Positions 8,694 to 22,897 are shown, counted from the first letter of the stretch. The stretch is 64,000 nucleotides of DNA from an uncultured Gemmatimonadales bacterium (GCA_963795085.1 CAWCFX010000006.1:224001-288000), one strand, 5' to 3'. Program-made: numbers and translations. Notes: generated by a model not told the origin, from the letters alone.

Positions 8694-10139
8694 ATGTCAG
8701 GGTATTCCGCACTGCATGTATCCGATCCGGCGGGGACGGCGCTGGCGCGCTTTGGACTGGCCCCCACCGATCCGCAACTGGGCGACATCGTGCCGACGGC
8801 GGCACGCGGCAACAACCTGGTCGTGGTAGCGCCGCCCGCGGCGATCCACGCGATTCCCGGGCTGGTGGGCGCCATCAGCGCCTACGCCCGGCAGAGCACC
8901 GGCGTTCTGCTGGTCCTGGTTCCCGAGCCGGCCCTGGCCGAATGGGAGGCGGTAGTCACCTCGGTCGGCCGCAGCACCGGCCACACCGTCCACGCCGCCC
9001 GCACCCTCGCCCGCGCCAGCCGGTTGCTGCAGTCCGGATCGGTGCACATCCTGGTCGCGGCTCCCGAGACCGCGCTGGCGCTGACCGAGCGATCGGTCCT
9101 CAAGGCGGACCGGGTCGCCGGGATCTTCCTGGCGTGGCCCGAACTCTGGGAATCGGAAACAGCGCTCGCCCCCCTCATGCAGGATATCGGTCATGATGTC
9201 CCCCGGGTGATCTATACCGCCGAACCCGGGCGGGTCGCCGGCCTGGTGGAGCGCTACGCCCGCCGGGCCCATACCGCCGGCCCCGCAACCAGCGAGATGG
9301 CCGGCGAAGCCTCCCCTCCGGCCGGCTCAAAACCGGGCACCGTTCGGCTGGTGAGTGTCGGCTGGCAGCAGCGCCAGCATGCCCTCCAGGACACCCTCGA
9401 ACTGCTGGACCCCGCTACCTGCGCCGTCTGGACCCTGAGCCCCGATCCCGATTTTGTCCCCGCCCTGCCCCCCGGAACCCAGCTGGCCGTGCGCCAGGTC
9501 CCGGCCCCCGGCCTCACCATCGCCTACGATATTCCCGCGGCGGCGCAGCTTGCCCAGCTCACCGCCGTCGGCGATGTAGTCCTGCTGGTCCCGCCGACGG
9601 CCCTGGCCTGGGTCCGGCGGGTGGTGCCGGAGGCCAGGGTCCTCCGGCTGGCCGGCGCTTCCGATGCCACGGCCCGGGCCGTCCAGGCCCGCCGGCAACG
9701 GGTCGCCGGGATGATCGACGGGGGCTCCGGCGAGCGGGGATTGCTGGCGCTGGCGCCGCTGTTCGAGCGGCACGATCCGGCCCTCATCGCCGCGGTCCTG
9801 TACGAGTTGTGGCAGGAGCAGCCGGGAGCCCCGGCGGCGCCCGCCCCCGCCACCCCGACCGGGGCGGACGTCATGAGCGCGGCCACCGCACGGATCTGGG
9901 TCGGCGTCGGCAAAAAGGACAGCGCCACCCCCAACGATTTTGTCGGTGTGCTGACGAAGGAACTGGGCTACGAGCGCGGGAAGATCGGCAAGATCGAGGT
10001 GCGGGAGCTGTATTCGCTGGTCGAAGTGCCGGCGGTGGAAGCGGAAGAGGTGGCGGGCCGGCTCAACGGGGTAACCATCCGGCGCCGGCGGGTGACCGCC
10101 CGGATTGACCGGGGCGGAAAGGTCCGCAGCGAGCGGTAG
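8694..10139 (+). CDS. Degenerate DEAD-box helicase-like protein with C-terminal DbpA RNA-binding domain; catalytic motifs lost
   Basis: C-terminal RIWVGVGKKD..TPNDFVG..IGKIEVRELYSLVEVP matches the DbpA domain; N-terminal part follows DEAD-box motif order but has no GKT, DEAD or SAT. Confidence 0.75.
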   Translation: MSGYSALHVSDPAGTALARFGLAPTDPQLGDIVPTAARGNNLVVVAPPAAIHAIPGLVGAISAYARQSTGVLLVLVPEPALAEWEAVVTSVGRSTGHTVHAARTLARASRLLQSGSVHILVAAPETALALTERSVLKADRVAGIFLAWPELWESETALAPLMQDIGHDVPRVIYTAEPGRVAGLVERYARRAHTAGPATSEMAGEASPPAGSKPGTVRLVSVGWQQRQHALQDTLELLDPATCAVWTLSPDPDFVPALPPGTQLAVRQVPAPGLTIAYDIPAAAQLAQLTAVGDVVLLVPPTALAWVRRVVPEARVLRLAGASDATARAVQARRQRVAGMIDGGSGERGLLALAPLFERHDPALIAAVLYELWQEQPGAPAAPAPATPTGADVMSAATARIWVGVGKKDSATPNDFVGVLTKELGYERGKIGKIEVRELYSLVEVPAVEAEEVAGRLNGVTIRRRRVTARIDRGGKVRSER

Positions 10140-10143
10140 ACAG

Positions 10144-10434
10144 CTACTTCTTGCGGTTCACCAGGTCCTTGAGCCCCTTCCCGGCGCGGAATGCGGGCAC
10201 CGTCGAGGCCTTGATGCTGATACCTTCCCCGGTGTGCGGATCGCGGCCACGGCGAGGCGCCCGCCGCCGGGTTTCGAAGTTGCCGAACCCGGTGATCTGC
10301 ACCTTGCCACCCTTGCGCAGTTCCTGGCTGATGAGACCGGTCGGCCCGAAGATATGGTCCACGACGCCGGCGGCGTGCGTCTTGGTCGTGGCGAGCCGTT
10401 TGGCGAGGGCGACCACCAGGTCCTGCTTGTTCAC
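10144..10434 (-). CDS. hup: HU family DNA-binding protein
   Basis: MNKQDLV, VQITGFGNF, RRAPRRGRDPHTG, VPAFRAGKGLKD; AAGGAG RBS before GTG. Confidence 0.95.
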   Translation of the reverse strand: MNKQDLVVALAKRLATTKTHAAGVVDHIFGPTGLISQELRKGGKVQITGFGNFETRRRAPRRGRDPHTGEGISIKASTVPAFRAGKGLKDLVNRKK

Positions 10435-10548
10435 GCAGACTCCTTGCGCGGGGATATCGAGGGGCGGGCCGAAGAATATGAGACCCTACCCCGCGTTGGG
10501 CAAGATGCGTATGTTGATCCCTCACCCCACCACCCTGCACCCTCGTGA

Positions 10549-11157
10549 ATGATGTATCACGGATCCCGCCCCGGCTCCATTGAGATCATTTGTGGCGTGA
10601 TGTTCAGCGGCAAGAGCGAGGAACTCATCCGGCGGGTCCGTCGCGGGGTCATCGCGCGGCGCCGGGTGCAGGTCTTCAAATCGCATCTGGACTCCCGCTA
10701 CACCGGGGTCTTCAGCGTGGCCAGCCACGATGGCGCCGAGTTCGAGGCGGCGCCGGTGGACAGTGCGGCTGAGATCTTCCGGCTGGCCCGCGCCGACACC
10801 GAGATCCTCGCGGTGGACGAAGTCCAGTTCATGGACGCCGCCATCCTGGAAGTCGCTACCCAGCTGGCCGCCCGGGGACTCCGGGTGATCCTGGCGGGCA
10901 CCGATACCGATTTCCGCGGGGAGCCGTTCGGCCCCATGGGCGACCTCATGGCCATCGCCGAGCAGGTGGACAAGCTCAACGCCATCTGCGTGGTGTGCGG
11001 CGACCTGGCCTGCCGCAACCAGCGGCTGGTCAACGGCCGGCCCGCCCGTTACGACTCGCCCACGATCATGGTCGGCGGCCGGGAGAGCTACGAAGCCCGC
11101 TGCCGGCATTGCCACCGGGTGCCCAGGCAGGATGAAGACCAGACGGCCATGCTGTAA
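10549..11157 (+). CDS. tdk: Thymidine kinase
   Basis: [41 protein letters not shown]. Confidence 0.97.
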   Translation: MMYHGSRPGSIEIICGVMFSGKSEELIRRVRRGVIARRRVQVFKSHLDSRYTGVFSVASHDGAEFEAAPVDSAAEIFRLARADTEILAVDEVQFMDAAILEVATQLAARGLRVILAGTDTDFRGEPFGPMGDLMAIAEQVDKLNAICVVCGDLACRNQRLVNGRPARYDSPTIMVGGRESYEARCRHCHRVPRQDEDQTAML

Positions 11158-11159
11158 CA

Positions 11160-11245
11160 GGGGGCAAGCGGGCGAGAGGGCCAGGGGGCCAATGGCTCAG
11201 GGAGCCCTTGCCCCCGCGCCCCCTGGCCCCCTGGCCCCCTTCGCC
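11160..11245. repeat. Short octamer-like repeats (GGGGGCCA-type) facing their complements (TGGCCCCC); intergenic hairpin
   Basis: gggggcaa gcgggcga gagggcca gggggcca ... ttgccccc gcgccccc tggccccc tggccccc. Confidence 0.65.
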
Positions 11246-11247
11246 TC

Positions 11248-11865
11248 ATGCTGAACATCGCCCTCACCGGCAACATCGCCGCCGGCAAGTCCACCGTCGT
11301 GGACCTCTTCCGCCGGTGGGGCGCCACCGTGATCGACGCCGACCAGCTGGTGCGCAAGGCCCAGAAGCCGGGCACCGAGGTCATGCAGGCCATCGCGTTC
11401 CGGTTCGGGCGCGACGTGATCCTGCCCGGGGGCGAGCTGGACCGGAAAGCACTCCGCGGCAAGGTCATGGGCGATGATGCCGCGCTGGCCGACCTCAACG
11501 CCATCGTGCACCCCGCCGTGCAGCGGGAACGGAACCGGCTCCTCGCCCTGGCCCGGCAGCGGGGCGACCGCATCGCAATCAACGATATTCCGCTGCTGTT
11601 CGAAGCGGCCGACCCCGCCGAGTTCGACGCGATCATCCTGGTGGACGCCCCCGAGGCGATCCGGTTCGAGCGCCTGGTCCAGTCCCGCGGCATGACGGAG
11701 GCCGCCGCCATGGCCGCCATCCGGGCCCAGCAGAAACCGGAAGCCAAAAGGCCCCTGAGCGATTTCATCATCGAGAACGGCGGCTCCCTCGCCCAGCTGG
11801 AGGAGCGGGCCCGGGCCGTCTGGGGGGAGCTGGAACGCCGGCCGGACCCCGGCGGCCGTCCTTGA
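11248..11865 (+). CDS. coaE: Dephospho-CoA kinase
   Basis: IALTGNIAAGKSTV, IDAD, LDRKAL, IVHPAV, DIPLLFE. Confidence 0.95.
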   Translation: MLNIALTGNIAAGKSTVVDLFRRWGATVIDADQLVRKAQKPGTEVMQAIAFRFGRDVILPGGELDRKALRGKVMGDDAALADLNAIVHPAVQRERNRLLALARQRGDRIAINDIPLLFEAADPAEFDAIILVDAPEAIRFERLVQSRGMTEAAAMAAIRAQQKPEAKRPLSDFIIENGGSLAQLEERARAVWGELERRPDPGGRP

Positions 11866-11920
11866 TTTCCGGCTCCGCCGGTTCTATTCTCACCCCGCCC
11901 GCCATACCTGGAGACCTGCC

Positions 11921-12310
11921 TTGGCCAACATCCCCGAGAACCTGCTTTATACGCAGGATCACGAATACGTCCGCAAGACCGACGACCCCGCCGTCGTGGT
12001 CGTGGGCATCACCGATTACGCCCAGGGCGAACTGGGCGATGTCGTCTTTGTGAACCTGCCCAAGCCGGGCGACCAGGTCGCCGCCCACTCCGTCTTCGGC
12101 ACCATCGAAGCCGTGAAGGCGGTGTCCGAGCTTTTTTCCCCGCTGGCCGGAGAGGTCATGGAGGTCAATGGCGCGCTGGATGGCAGCCCCGACCTCGTCA
12201 ATCGCGATCCCTACGGTGAAGGCTGGATGATCAAGCTCAAGGTCAGCAACCCGGGCGACATGAACGCCCTGATGGCGCCCTCCGCCTACCGGACCCAGAT
12301 CGGCGCCTGA
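11921..12310 (+). CDS. gcvH: Glycine cleavage system H protein
   Basis: GITDYAQGELGDVVFV, IEAVKAVSE (lipoyl lysine), VNRDPYGEGW. Confidence 0.97.
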   Translation: MANIPENLLYTQDHEYVRKTDDPAVVVVGITDYAQGELGDVVFVNLPKPGDQVAAHSVFGTIEAVKAVSELFSPLAGEVMEVNGALDGSPDLVNRDPYGEGWMIKLKVSNPGDMNALMAPSAYRTQIGA

Positions 12311-12332
12311 GCGGCGCCGGCCCAGCGTTACC

Positions 12333-12360
12333 AGCGCCCCGAGGCCGGCTCGGGGCGTTT
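12333..12360 (+). terminator. Stem-loop after gcvH (weak terminator or mRNA-stabilising hairpin)
   Basis: agcgccccgag-gccgg-ctcggggcgttt followed by atcttt. Confidence 0.5.
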
Positions 12361-12406
12361 ATCTTTGGAAGTCCTCCAACCAAGTCCACGGGGTCAAGGA
12401 AGCAAC

Positions 12407-15333
<2,927 letters not shown>

Positions 15334-15337
<4 letters not shown>

Positions 15338-16113
15338 GACGAAGTGAGTCTCCCTGGTCCCTGCTGGTAGATCCCCCGCGTCCCGGGTGGGAGAACATGG
15401 CGCGGGATCAGGCCCTGCTGGACCTGGCGGACACGAATCACATCGCCGTGCTCCGCCTGTACCGCTGGACCCCATCCTGCATCTCGTTCGGCCGGCACGA
15501 GCCCGCCCGGCGCCGCTACGACCGGCCTGCCATCACCCGCCGGGGCCTGGATTGCGTGCGCCGCCCCACCGGGGGCCGCGCCGTGTGGCACGCCCGTGAA
15601 CTGACCTATGCGGTGGCCGCACCGCTGGCCCTCTTTGGTTCGCTCCGTGACGCCTACCGCGATATCCACCTGATGCTGGCCGATGCCGTCCGCGGGCTCG
15701 GCGCGGAAGCAAGCCTGGCCGCACCCGGGGCGCGGCCACCGGGCGTGGACGCCGGCGCCTGCTTCGCCAGCCCGGTCGGCGGCGAGGTGGTGATCGCCGG
15801 CGCCAAGGTGCTGGGCAGCGCCCAGGTGCAGCAGGGCCAGGCGGTGCTGCAGCACGGCAGCCTCCTGCTGGAAGATTCCCAGGCCATCATCCATGACCTG
15901 ACCCTCGGCGCGCCCGCCGCCCCGGGGGAGCGCCCCCTGGCCGCCGTCCTGGGGCGGGCGATTTCCTTCGAGGAGGCGGCGGCGGCGGTAGAGTCCGCAG
16001 CCCGGAACTGGGCGGCCCACTGGACGCCCTGGGAGCATGAGAGCATGCTGGCCGACCGGGCCGCCGGGCACGCCGCACAGTTCCGGTCCCGGGAATGGAC
16101 CTGGAGCCGCTGA
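15334..16113 (+). CDS. Lipoate-protein ligase A family (LipM/LipL-like octanoyltransferase); probable CTG start overlapping the gcvP stop
   Basis: [43 protein letters not shown]; directly after gcvHP. Confidence 0.85.
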
Positions 16114-16166
16114 CGCCCCCCCGGCAATTCATTATCTTGTCTCCACCGTTCAGAACCGGAGTTCCC

Positions 16167-17810
16167 GTGCCCCCGTTTACTATCCGGGCGGCCGCGTCCC
16201 TCGCGCTGCTGCTCGCTGCTTCCGCCAGTCCCACCGTGGCGCAGGATCGCGCCTCCGGCGCTACCCTCGTCGTTTCGGTTCCCGGCGACGTCACGACACC
16301 CATTCCCACCGTCAGCGACAACGGCACCAACTATGAAATCGTCAACCTGCTCTATCTCAGGCTGGCGGAATTGGGGCCCACGCTTTCCACCGTGGGCGAC
16401 GAAGGATTTCGCCCCATGCTGGCCCGGGAGTGGAAGCGGCGCGACTCGGTGACGCTGGCGTTCGACCTCGATCCCCGCGCGACCTGGCACGACGGGCGGC
16501 CGGTGACGGCAGCGGACGTGGTGTTCAGCTACGAGTGGGCGCGGACCACGCCGGACCATGCCCGGAGCCTGCGGCGGATTTCCTCGGTCACCGCCGAGGG
16601 CGAGCGCCGGGTGGTATTCCGGTTTACGCATCGCTATGCCGAGCAGCTCTACGACGCGACCTTCCAACTGCTGATCGTGCCGGCCCACCTGCTGGCCGCG
16701 ATTCCGCGGGATTCGCTGGCGACCTCCGGGCTGGCCCGGAACCCGGTGGGCAACGGGCCCTTTCGGTGGGTCCGGAACCAGCCGGGCCAACTGGTCGAGC
16801 TGGCCGCGTTCGAGCAGTTTTTCCTGGGCCCCCCGGCAGTCAAGCGGCTGGTTTTCCGGGTCACGCCCGATGCCGAGGCGCGGGTGAGCATGTTGCTGAG
16901 CGGCGAGGCCGATGCCGTCCAGTACCTGGCGCTCCCGGCTCAGGTCCGGGCCCGGCAGCACGAGGCGCTCGCCGTGGTGCCGGTGATCGGCTCGGGTGTC
17001 ACGTACGCGCTGTTCAATCAGAAAGCCTACGGGGACCGGAGCCAGCCCCACCCCATCCTGAGCGACGTGCAGGTGCGCCGGGCCCTCGTGGTGGCGCTCG
17101 ACCGGGAAACGATGGCGCGGGCGGTGTACGGGGGTCACGCCCGGGTTCCCGACGGCCCGGTGCCGCAGACGTTCGCGTGGGTCGGGGCCCCGCGCAACCG
17201 GGCGCCCGACGCGAATCCGGCGCGGGCGCGCCAGCTGCTGGCCGCCGCCGGGTGGCGCGATTCGGACGGCGATGGGATCCTCGACCGGAACGGCCGCCCG
17301 CTCGAACTGACGGTCAACGCGCCCAACGGGACGCCCCAGCGCCCCATGCTCGCCCAGCAGATGCAGGCCCGGTTCCGGGAAATCGGCGTCAAGCTTAACG
17401 TCCACCTCCTCGAGTTCGGGGTGTGGCTGGAACGGAGAAACCGGGGAGAATTCGATCTCGACATGTCCAGCGCCAACCTCGATCCTACGCCCTCCGGCTG
17501 GAACTGGAGCTGGAGCTGCGAAGGCGCCGGCCTGCGGGGCCGGAACGTCGGGAGCTACTGCAATCCGCGGGTGGACTCTCTGCTCGCCCGCGCCGCTACG
17601 GCCAAAGACCCGGTGCCCGTCTACCGCGAGATTCTCGAGACGATCCGGGCTGATGTACCCGCCATCTTCCTGGCCGCCCCGTCGGCGGTCGTCGCGGTGC
17701 ACAAGCGGTTCGATCCCCGGCCCTTCCGGGCCGAGTCGCCGTGGCTCTCCCTCCGCGAGTGGAAAGTGAAACCGGCCGCCCCGCGCGACCGGAGCCGCGG
17801 AGCCGACTGA
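16167..17810 (+). CDS. Peptide/nickel ABC transporter substrate-binding protein (family 5)
   Basis: Signal peptide, WHDGRPVTAADVVFS, PVGNGPF, VRRAL..ALDR; GGAG RBS before GTG. Confidence 0.9.
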   Translation: MPPFTIRAAASLALLLAASASPTVAQDRASGATLVVSVPGDVTTPIPTVSDNGTNYEIVNLLYLRLAELGPTLSTVGDEGFRPMLAREWKRRDSVTLAFDLDPRATWHDGRPVTAADVVFSYEWARTTPDHARSLRRISSVTAEGERRVVFRFTHRYAEQLYDATFQLLIVPAHLLAAIPRDSLATSGLARNPVGNGPFRWVRNQPGQLVELAAFEQFFLGPPAVKRLVFRVTPDAEARVSMLLSGEADAVQYLALPAQVRARQHEALAVVPVIGSGVTYALFNQKAYGDRSQPHPILSDVQVRRALVVALDRETMARAVYGGHARVPDGPVPQTFAWVGAPRNRAPDANPARARQLLAAAGWRDSDGDGILDRNGRPLELTVNAPNGTPQRPMLAQQMQARFREIGVKLNVHLLEFGVWLERRNRGEFDLDMSSANLDPTPSGWNWSWSCEGAGLRGRNVGSYCNPRVDSLLARAATAKDPVPVYREILETIRADVPAIFLAAPSAVVAVHKRFDPRPFRAESPWLSLREWKVKPAAPRDRSRGAD

Positions 17811-18778
17811 TCCGCTGGTTCGCCGCCCGGGTCCTGCAGGCATGCGCCACGCTGCTCGCGGCCCTGGTCGTCATTTTCTGCCTCATGCGGGTGCTCCCCG
17901 GTGACCCGGTCCCGATCATCATCGGCGACCGCCCGGTCTCCGAAGAGGAAATCACCCGCATTCGCGCCCGCTTCTGCCTCGACTGCCCCCTCCCGGTGCA
18001 GTTCGCCAGGTTCGTCAGCGCCGCCGCCCGGGGAGACCTGGGCACCTCCATCCGCTACAACCGGCCCGTCACCCAGCTGATCCGGGAACACCTCTGGCCC
18101 ACGGTGCTCCTCGGCGGATCCGTCCTGTTAATCAATTTCACTGTGGGCATCGCGCTGGGCGCCTGGCAGGCCGTCAAGAAAGGCGGCCGGGGGGACCGCC
18201 TGCTCTCCAGCTTTTCGCTGCTGGCCTACGCCCTGCCCACTTTCTGGCTGGCCATGGTGCTGGTCTGGATCTTTGCGATCAGGCTGCACCTCTTTCCATC
18301 CGGTGGATTCACCAGCGTGACCCTCGATCCCGGCGCCGGGTTCCTGGCCCGGACCGCCGACATCGCCCGCCACCTGGTGCTTCCCGTGGCGACGCTCTGC
18401 ATCGTGACGATCGCGGCCACCATGCGCTACCAGCGGAACGCGATGATCGAAGTGCTTCGCATGGACTACATTCGCACCGCCCGTGCCAAGGGGGTCCGGG
18501 AAAGCCGGGTCATTCGCCATCACGCCTGGCGCAACGCCCTCTTCCCGGTGCTCACGATCTTCGGGCTCTGGCTGCCGATCCTCGCCACCGGGTCCGTCTT
18601 CGTGGAATCGGTGTTCAGCCTGAACGGCCTGGGCCTGATGGCGTATGAGGCCATCGGGATGCGCGACTACCCGCTGCTCATGGGCGCGGCGATCCTGGTC
18701 AGCACCCTGATCGTGCTGGGCGGCCTCCTCACCGACCTCGGCTACATGGCCCTCGATCCCCGGGTGCGCCGCCCGTGA
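17807..18778 (+). CDS. ABC permease, DppB/OppB-like; probable CTG start
   Basis: LPGDP, GDLGTS, LPTFWLA, DYIRTARAKG, RDYPLL, LDPRVR. Confidence 0.9.
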   Translation: MIRWFAARVLQACATLLAALVVIFCLMRVLPGDPVPIIIGDRPVSEEEITRIRARFCLDCPLPVQFARFVSAAARGDLGTSIRYNRPVTQLIREHLWPTVLLGGSVLLINFTVGIALGAWQAVKKGGRGDRLLSSFSLLAYALPTFWLAMVLVWIFAIRLHLFPSGGFTSVTLDPGAGFLARTADIARHLVLPVATLCIVTIAATMRYQRNAMIEVLRMDYIRTARAKGVRESRVIRHHAWRNALFPVLTIFGLWLPILATGSVFVESVFSLNGLGLMAYEAIGMRDYPLLMGAAILVSTLIVLGGLLTDLGYMALDPRVRRP

Positions 18779-19617
18779 CGGGAGACTGGGCCGCGGTCTT
18801 CCGCCGGGTATGGTCCAACCGGAGCGGGCGGGCGGGAACCCTGCTGCTCGCCGGCATCGTGCTGGTCGTGGCGCTGCTTCCATTCGTGCTGCCGGATCCC
18901 AACGTGCAGCCCTGTCTCGCCTGCGGGGCGATGGCCCCGGGGCCGGAGCACCTCTTCGGCACCGACCAGCTCAATCGCGATGTCCTCTCCCGGGTCGTCT
19001 GGGGCGGGCGCATCTCCCTCTCGGTCGCCTTCCTGGCCGTGGCCCTCGCGATCACGCTGGGCGCGCTGGTCGGGCTCGGCTCGGGTTACCGCGGGGGCTG
19101 GGTCGATGTCATCGTCATGCGCCTGGTGGATGGCGCCCTGGCCATTCCCCGGCTGTTCGTCCTGCTGCTGGTCCTGGCGGTGTTCACCCCCATCCCCCTC
19201 CCGGTATTCATCCTGGTGCTGGGCACGACCGGGTGGTTTGCGGTCAGCCGGATCGTGCGGGGCGAAGCGCTCCGCCTCAAGGAGGAGATGTACGTCCAGG
19301 CGGCCCAGGCGCTGGGGGCCGGGGGCGGCCGGGTTATTTTTCGGCACCTGCTGCCCAACGCCATGGGGCCGCTGCTGGTGGCCGCCACGCTGGGGGTGGG
19401 CGATGTTATCCTGCTGGAAGCGGGATTATCCTATCTCGGCCTCGGCATCCAGCCGCCTACCGCGTCGTGGGGCGGCATGATCCAGGAGTCGCGGGGCATC
19501 TTATTCACCGGGCCCTGGACCCACCTGTTTCCCGGCCTGGCCATCGTGCTGACCGTGCTGGCCATCAACCTGATCGGCGGAGCCCTGCGTGACGCGTTCG
19601 ACCCCAGGAATGCCTGA
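18775..19617 (+). CDS. ABC permease, DppC/OppC-like
   Basis: HLFGTDQLNRDVLSR, YVQAAQALG, RHLLPN, LSYLGLGIQPPTASWG. Confidence 0.92.
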   Translation: MTGDWAAVFRRVWSNRSGRAGTLLLAGIVLVVALLPFVLPDPNVQPCLACGAMAPGPEHLFGTDQLNRDVLSRVVWGGRISLSVAFLAVALAITLGALVGLGSGYRGGWVDVIVMRLVDGALAIPRLFVLLLVLAVFTPIPLPVFILVLGTTGWFAVSRIVRGEALRLKEEMYVQAAQALGAGGGRVIFRHLLPNAMGPLLVAATLGVGDVILLEAGLSYLGLGIQPPTASWGGMIQESRGILFTGPWTHLFPGLAIVLTVLAINLIGGALRDAFDPRNA

Positions 19618-20619
19618 GTCACCCGCTGCGCCCGCCCCGGCATCGCCGGCGGAGGCGCTCCTGGCGGTAGAGAACCTGGTGGTCCGGTTCCCCGGCACGC
19701 CGCGGGACGCCGTGCCGGTGGATGGGGTCTCGTTCACCCTCCGCCGGGGCGAAACCCTGGCGCTGGTGGGAGAATCGGGGTGCGGCAAGAGTCTGACCAG
19801 CCTGGCCCTGCTCCGGCTGATCCCGCCGCCGGGCCGCATCGACCCGGGCAGCCGGATCGAATTTGGCGGGGTGGATATCATGGGCCTCAAGGAAGACGCG
19901 CTGCGTGATATCCGGGGACGCCGGATCGGCATGGTGTTCCAGGACCCCATGACCAGCCTTAACCCCGTCTTCACGGTGGGCGACCAGGTCGCCGAAGGCA
20001 TCCGGGCTCACTTTCCCGTCTCCCGCCGCGACGCCGCCGACCGCGCTGTCGCCCTCCTTCGCGAAGTCGGCATCTCGGACCCGGAGATCCGGGCGGACGA
20101 CTATCCCCATCAGCTGAGCGGTGGCATGCGGCAGCGGGTGATGATTGCCATGGCCCTCGCCTGCGAGCCCGAGTTGCTGATCGCCGACGAACCGACGACG
20201 GCCCTCGATGTCACCGTGCAGGCGCAGATCCTGGAGATCCTCGACAATCTGCGCCGGGCCCGCGGCATGGCGGTCCTGCTCATCACCCACGACCTCGGGA
20301 TCGTCGCCGGCCGGGCCGACAGGGTGGCCGTCATGTACGCCGGCCAGATCGTGGAGCAGGCGGCCACGGCCCAGCTCTTCGCGCGGCCTTCCCACCCCTA
20401 CACCCAGGGACTGCTCGCCTCGGTGCCCCGGCTTAGCGGCCCCCGCACCCGCCTCACCCCCATCGGGGGGAGTGTGCCCACCCCTGACGCCTGGCCGTCC
20501 GGGTGCCGCTTTCGGCCCCGCTGTCCCCAGGCATTCGAGAAATCGGAACTCGCCCCGCCGCCCCTGCCGGTCGGCCCCGGGCACTGGATGCGCTGCTGGC
20601 TGGCCGAGCGGGGGGACTC

Positions 20620-20623
<4 letters not shown>
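19610..20623 (+). CDS. ABC ATP-binding protein, DppD/OppD-like
   Basis: [27 protein letters not shown]-terminal CRFRPRC...C. Confidence 0.95.
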
Positions 20624-21666
<1,043 letters not shown>

Positions 21667-21787
21667 GGGATCGCCCGCCCCACCCTCAGTCTCGCCCTGA
21701 TCCGGAGCCGTGACCTCGCTCACGGCCCGGGACTCCAGAATCCCCCATGCTGGGAGGTAGTCATTACCGATACCATGGAGGAAGTCG

Positions 21788-22033
21788 ATGACAGACGATC
21801 TCAAGGACACTCTTCGCGAGAAGAGCGTGAAGGATAAGGTGAAAGGGAAGTTCAACGAGGCAGTCGGCAAGACCCGCCACGAGCTGGGCGACCTGACCGA
21901 CAACCATTCGGAAGAGGTCAAGGGCAAGTACCAGGAGGTGAAGGGCAAGATGCAGCAGAAGAAGGGCGAGGCCGAGGAGGAAATCGCCGACGACCTGAGC
22001 GTCGCCAGGGACCGGCGCCGAGACGCCGAGTAG
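21788..22033 (+). CDS. CsbD family protein
   Basis: DKVKGKFNEAVGK..GDLTD...KGK.QEVKGKMQ; GGAGG RBS. Confidence 0.85.
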   Translation: MTDDLKDTLREKSVKDKVKGKFNEAVGKTRHELGDLTDNHSEEVKGKYQEVKGKMQQKKGEAEEEIADDLSVARDRRRDAE

Positions 22034-22047
22034 TCCTATCGCCCGCA

Positions 22048-22086
22048 GGAAAGGCCCCCGCGAAAATCCTCGCGGGGGCCTTTTCC
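22048..22086. terminator. Probable bidirectional intrinsic terminator between convergent genes
   Basis: ggaaaggcccccgcga-aaatcc-tcgcgggggccttttcc. Confidence 0.85.
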
Positions 22087-22105
22087 CTTCCGGGCTCCTC
22101 GCCGG

Positions 22106-22897
22106 TCAGGCGACCAGCGGCAGGAGCAGGCCCCGGAGCCGACGGAGCGCGGCGGTTCGGATCTGCGAAATCCGGGACTCGGTGAGCCGCAGGATCGCGG
22201 CAATCTCCCGCAGGTTCAACTCCTCGTAAAAATAGAGCGCCAGGACGGTTCGCTCCCGCTCCGGCAGCCGGGCCAGTCCCGCGGCCAGCAACCCCACCCG
22301 TTCCTCCATTTCGACCGAGTCGGGGCCGGCGTGGTCATGGTCCAGGCCGAGAGGCGCCATCCTGGAGTGAAGCAGGGCTGGAGCGTCCTCGAGCGAGACC
22401 TGGCATGCGCCATCCACCGAGGCGCGCCATGCCCAATAGGTGGACAGGTCCAGCTCCAGCGCGGCGGCCATCTCCGCGGGCGCGGGAGCCCGGCCGAAGG
22501 CCGCGGAGATGCGACCCGCGACGCGATCGAGTTTCCGCGCCTTGGAGCGCACCGAGCGGGGGACCCAGTCCCGGTCCCGGAGTTCGTCCAGCATGGCGCC
22601 GTGGACCCGGCGGGAAGCGTACGTCGCGAACGAGTTGGCGCGCGACGGGTCGAAGCTGTCCAGCGCCTGGACCAGCCCCAGGGTTCCCGCGCCTATCAGG
22701 TCGTCCACCTCCACGGCGCCGCCGGTGCGGGCGGCGAGCTTGCGGGCCAGAATCCGGACCAGGTAGAGGTGCCGCTCCAGTAACTCGGTGCGGGCTGCCG
22801 GATCGCCGCTCCGGCGATACGAAGTCCAGAGCGAATCAAGACCTGCATCGGCCTGCCGGGCGCCGTTGGGTGATGGGTTGAATGTGACCACGGACAT
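22106..22897 (-). CDS. fliA: FliA/WhiG family (sigma-28) RNA polymerase sigma factor
   Basis: DDLIGAGTLGL, FATYA..R..GAMLDELR..DWVPRSVR, LYFYEELNLREIA..L..TESRISQI; AGGAGG RBS. Confidence 0.88.
   Translation of the reverse strand: MSVVTFNPSPNGARQADAGLDSLWTSYRRSGDPAARTELLERHLYLVRILARKLAARTGGAVEVDDLIGAGTLGLVQALDSFDPSRANSFATYASRRVHGAMLDELRDRDWVPRSVRSKARKLDRVAGRISAAFGRAPAPAEMAAALELDLSTYWAWRASVDGACQVSLEDAPALLHSRMAPLGLDHDHAGPDSVEMEERVGLLAAGLARLPERERTVLALYFYEELNLREIAAILRLTESRISQIRTAALRRLRGLLLPLVA

Noticed and set aside
11866..12406. Glycine riboswitch near gcvH/gcvP
   Set aside because: Intergenic gaps are too short and lack the aptamer motifs; gcvT is not in this window
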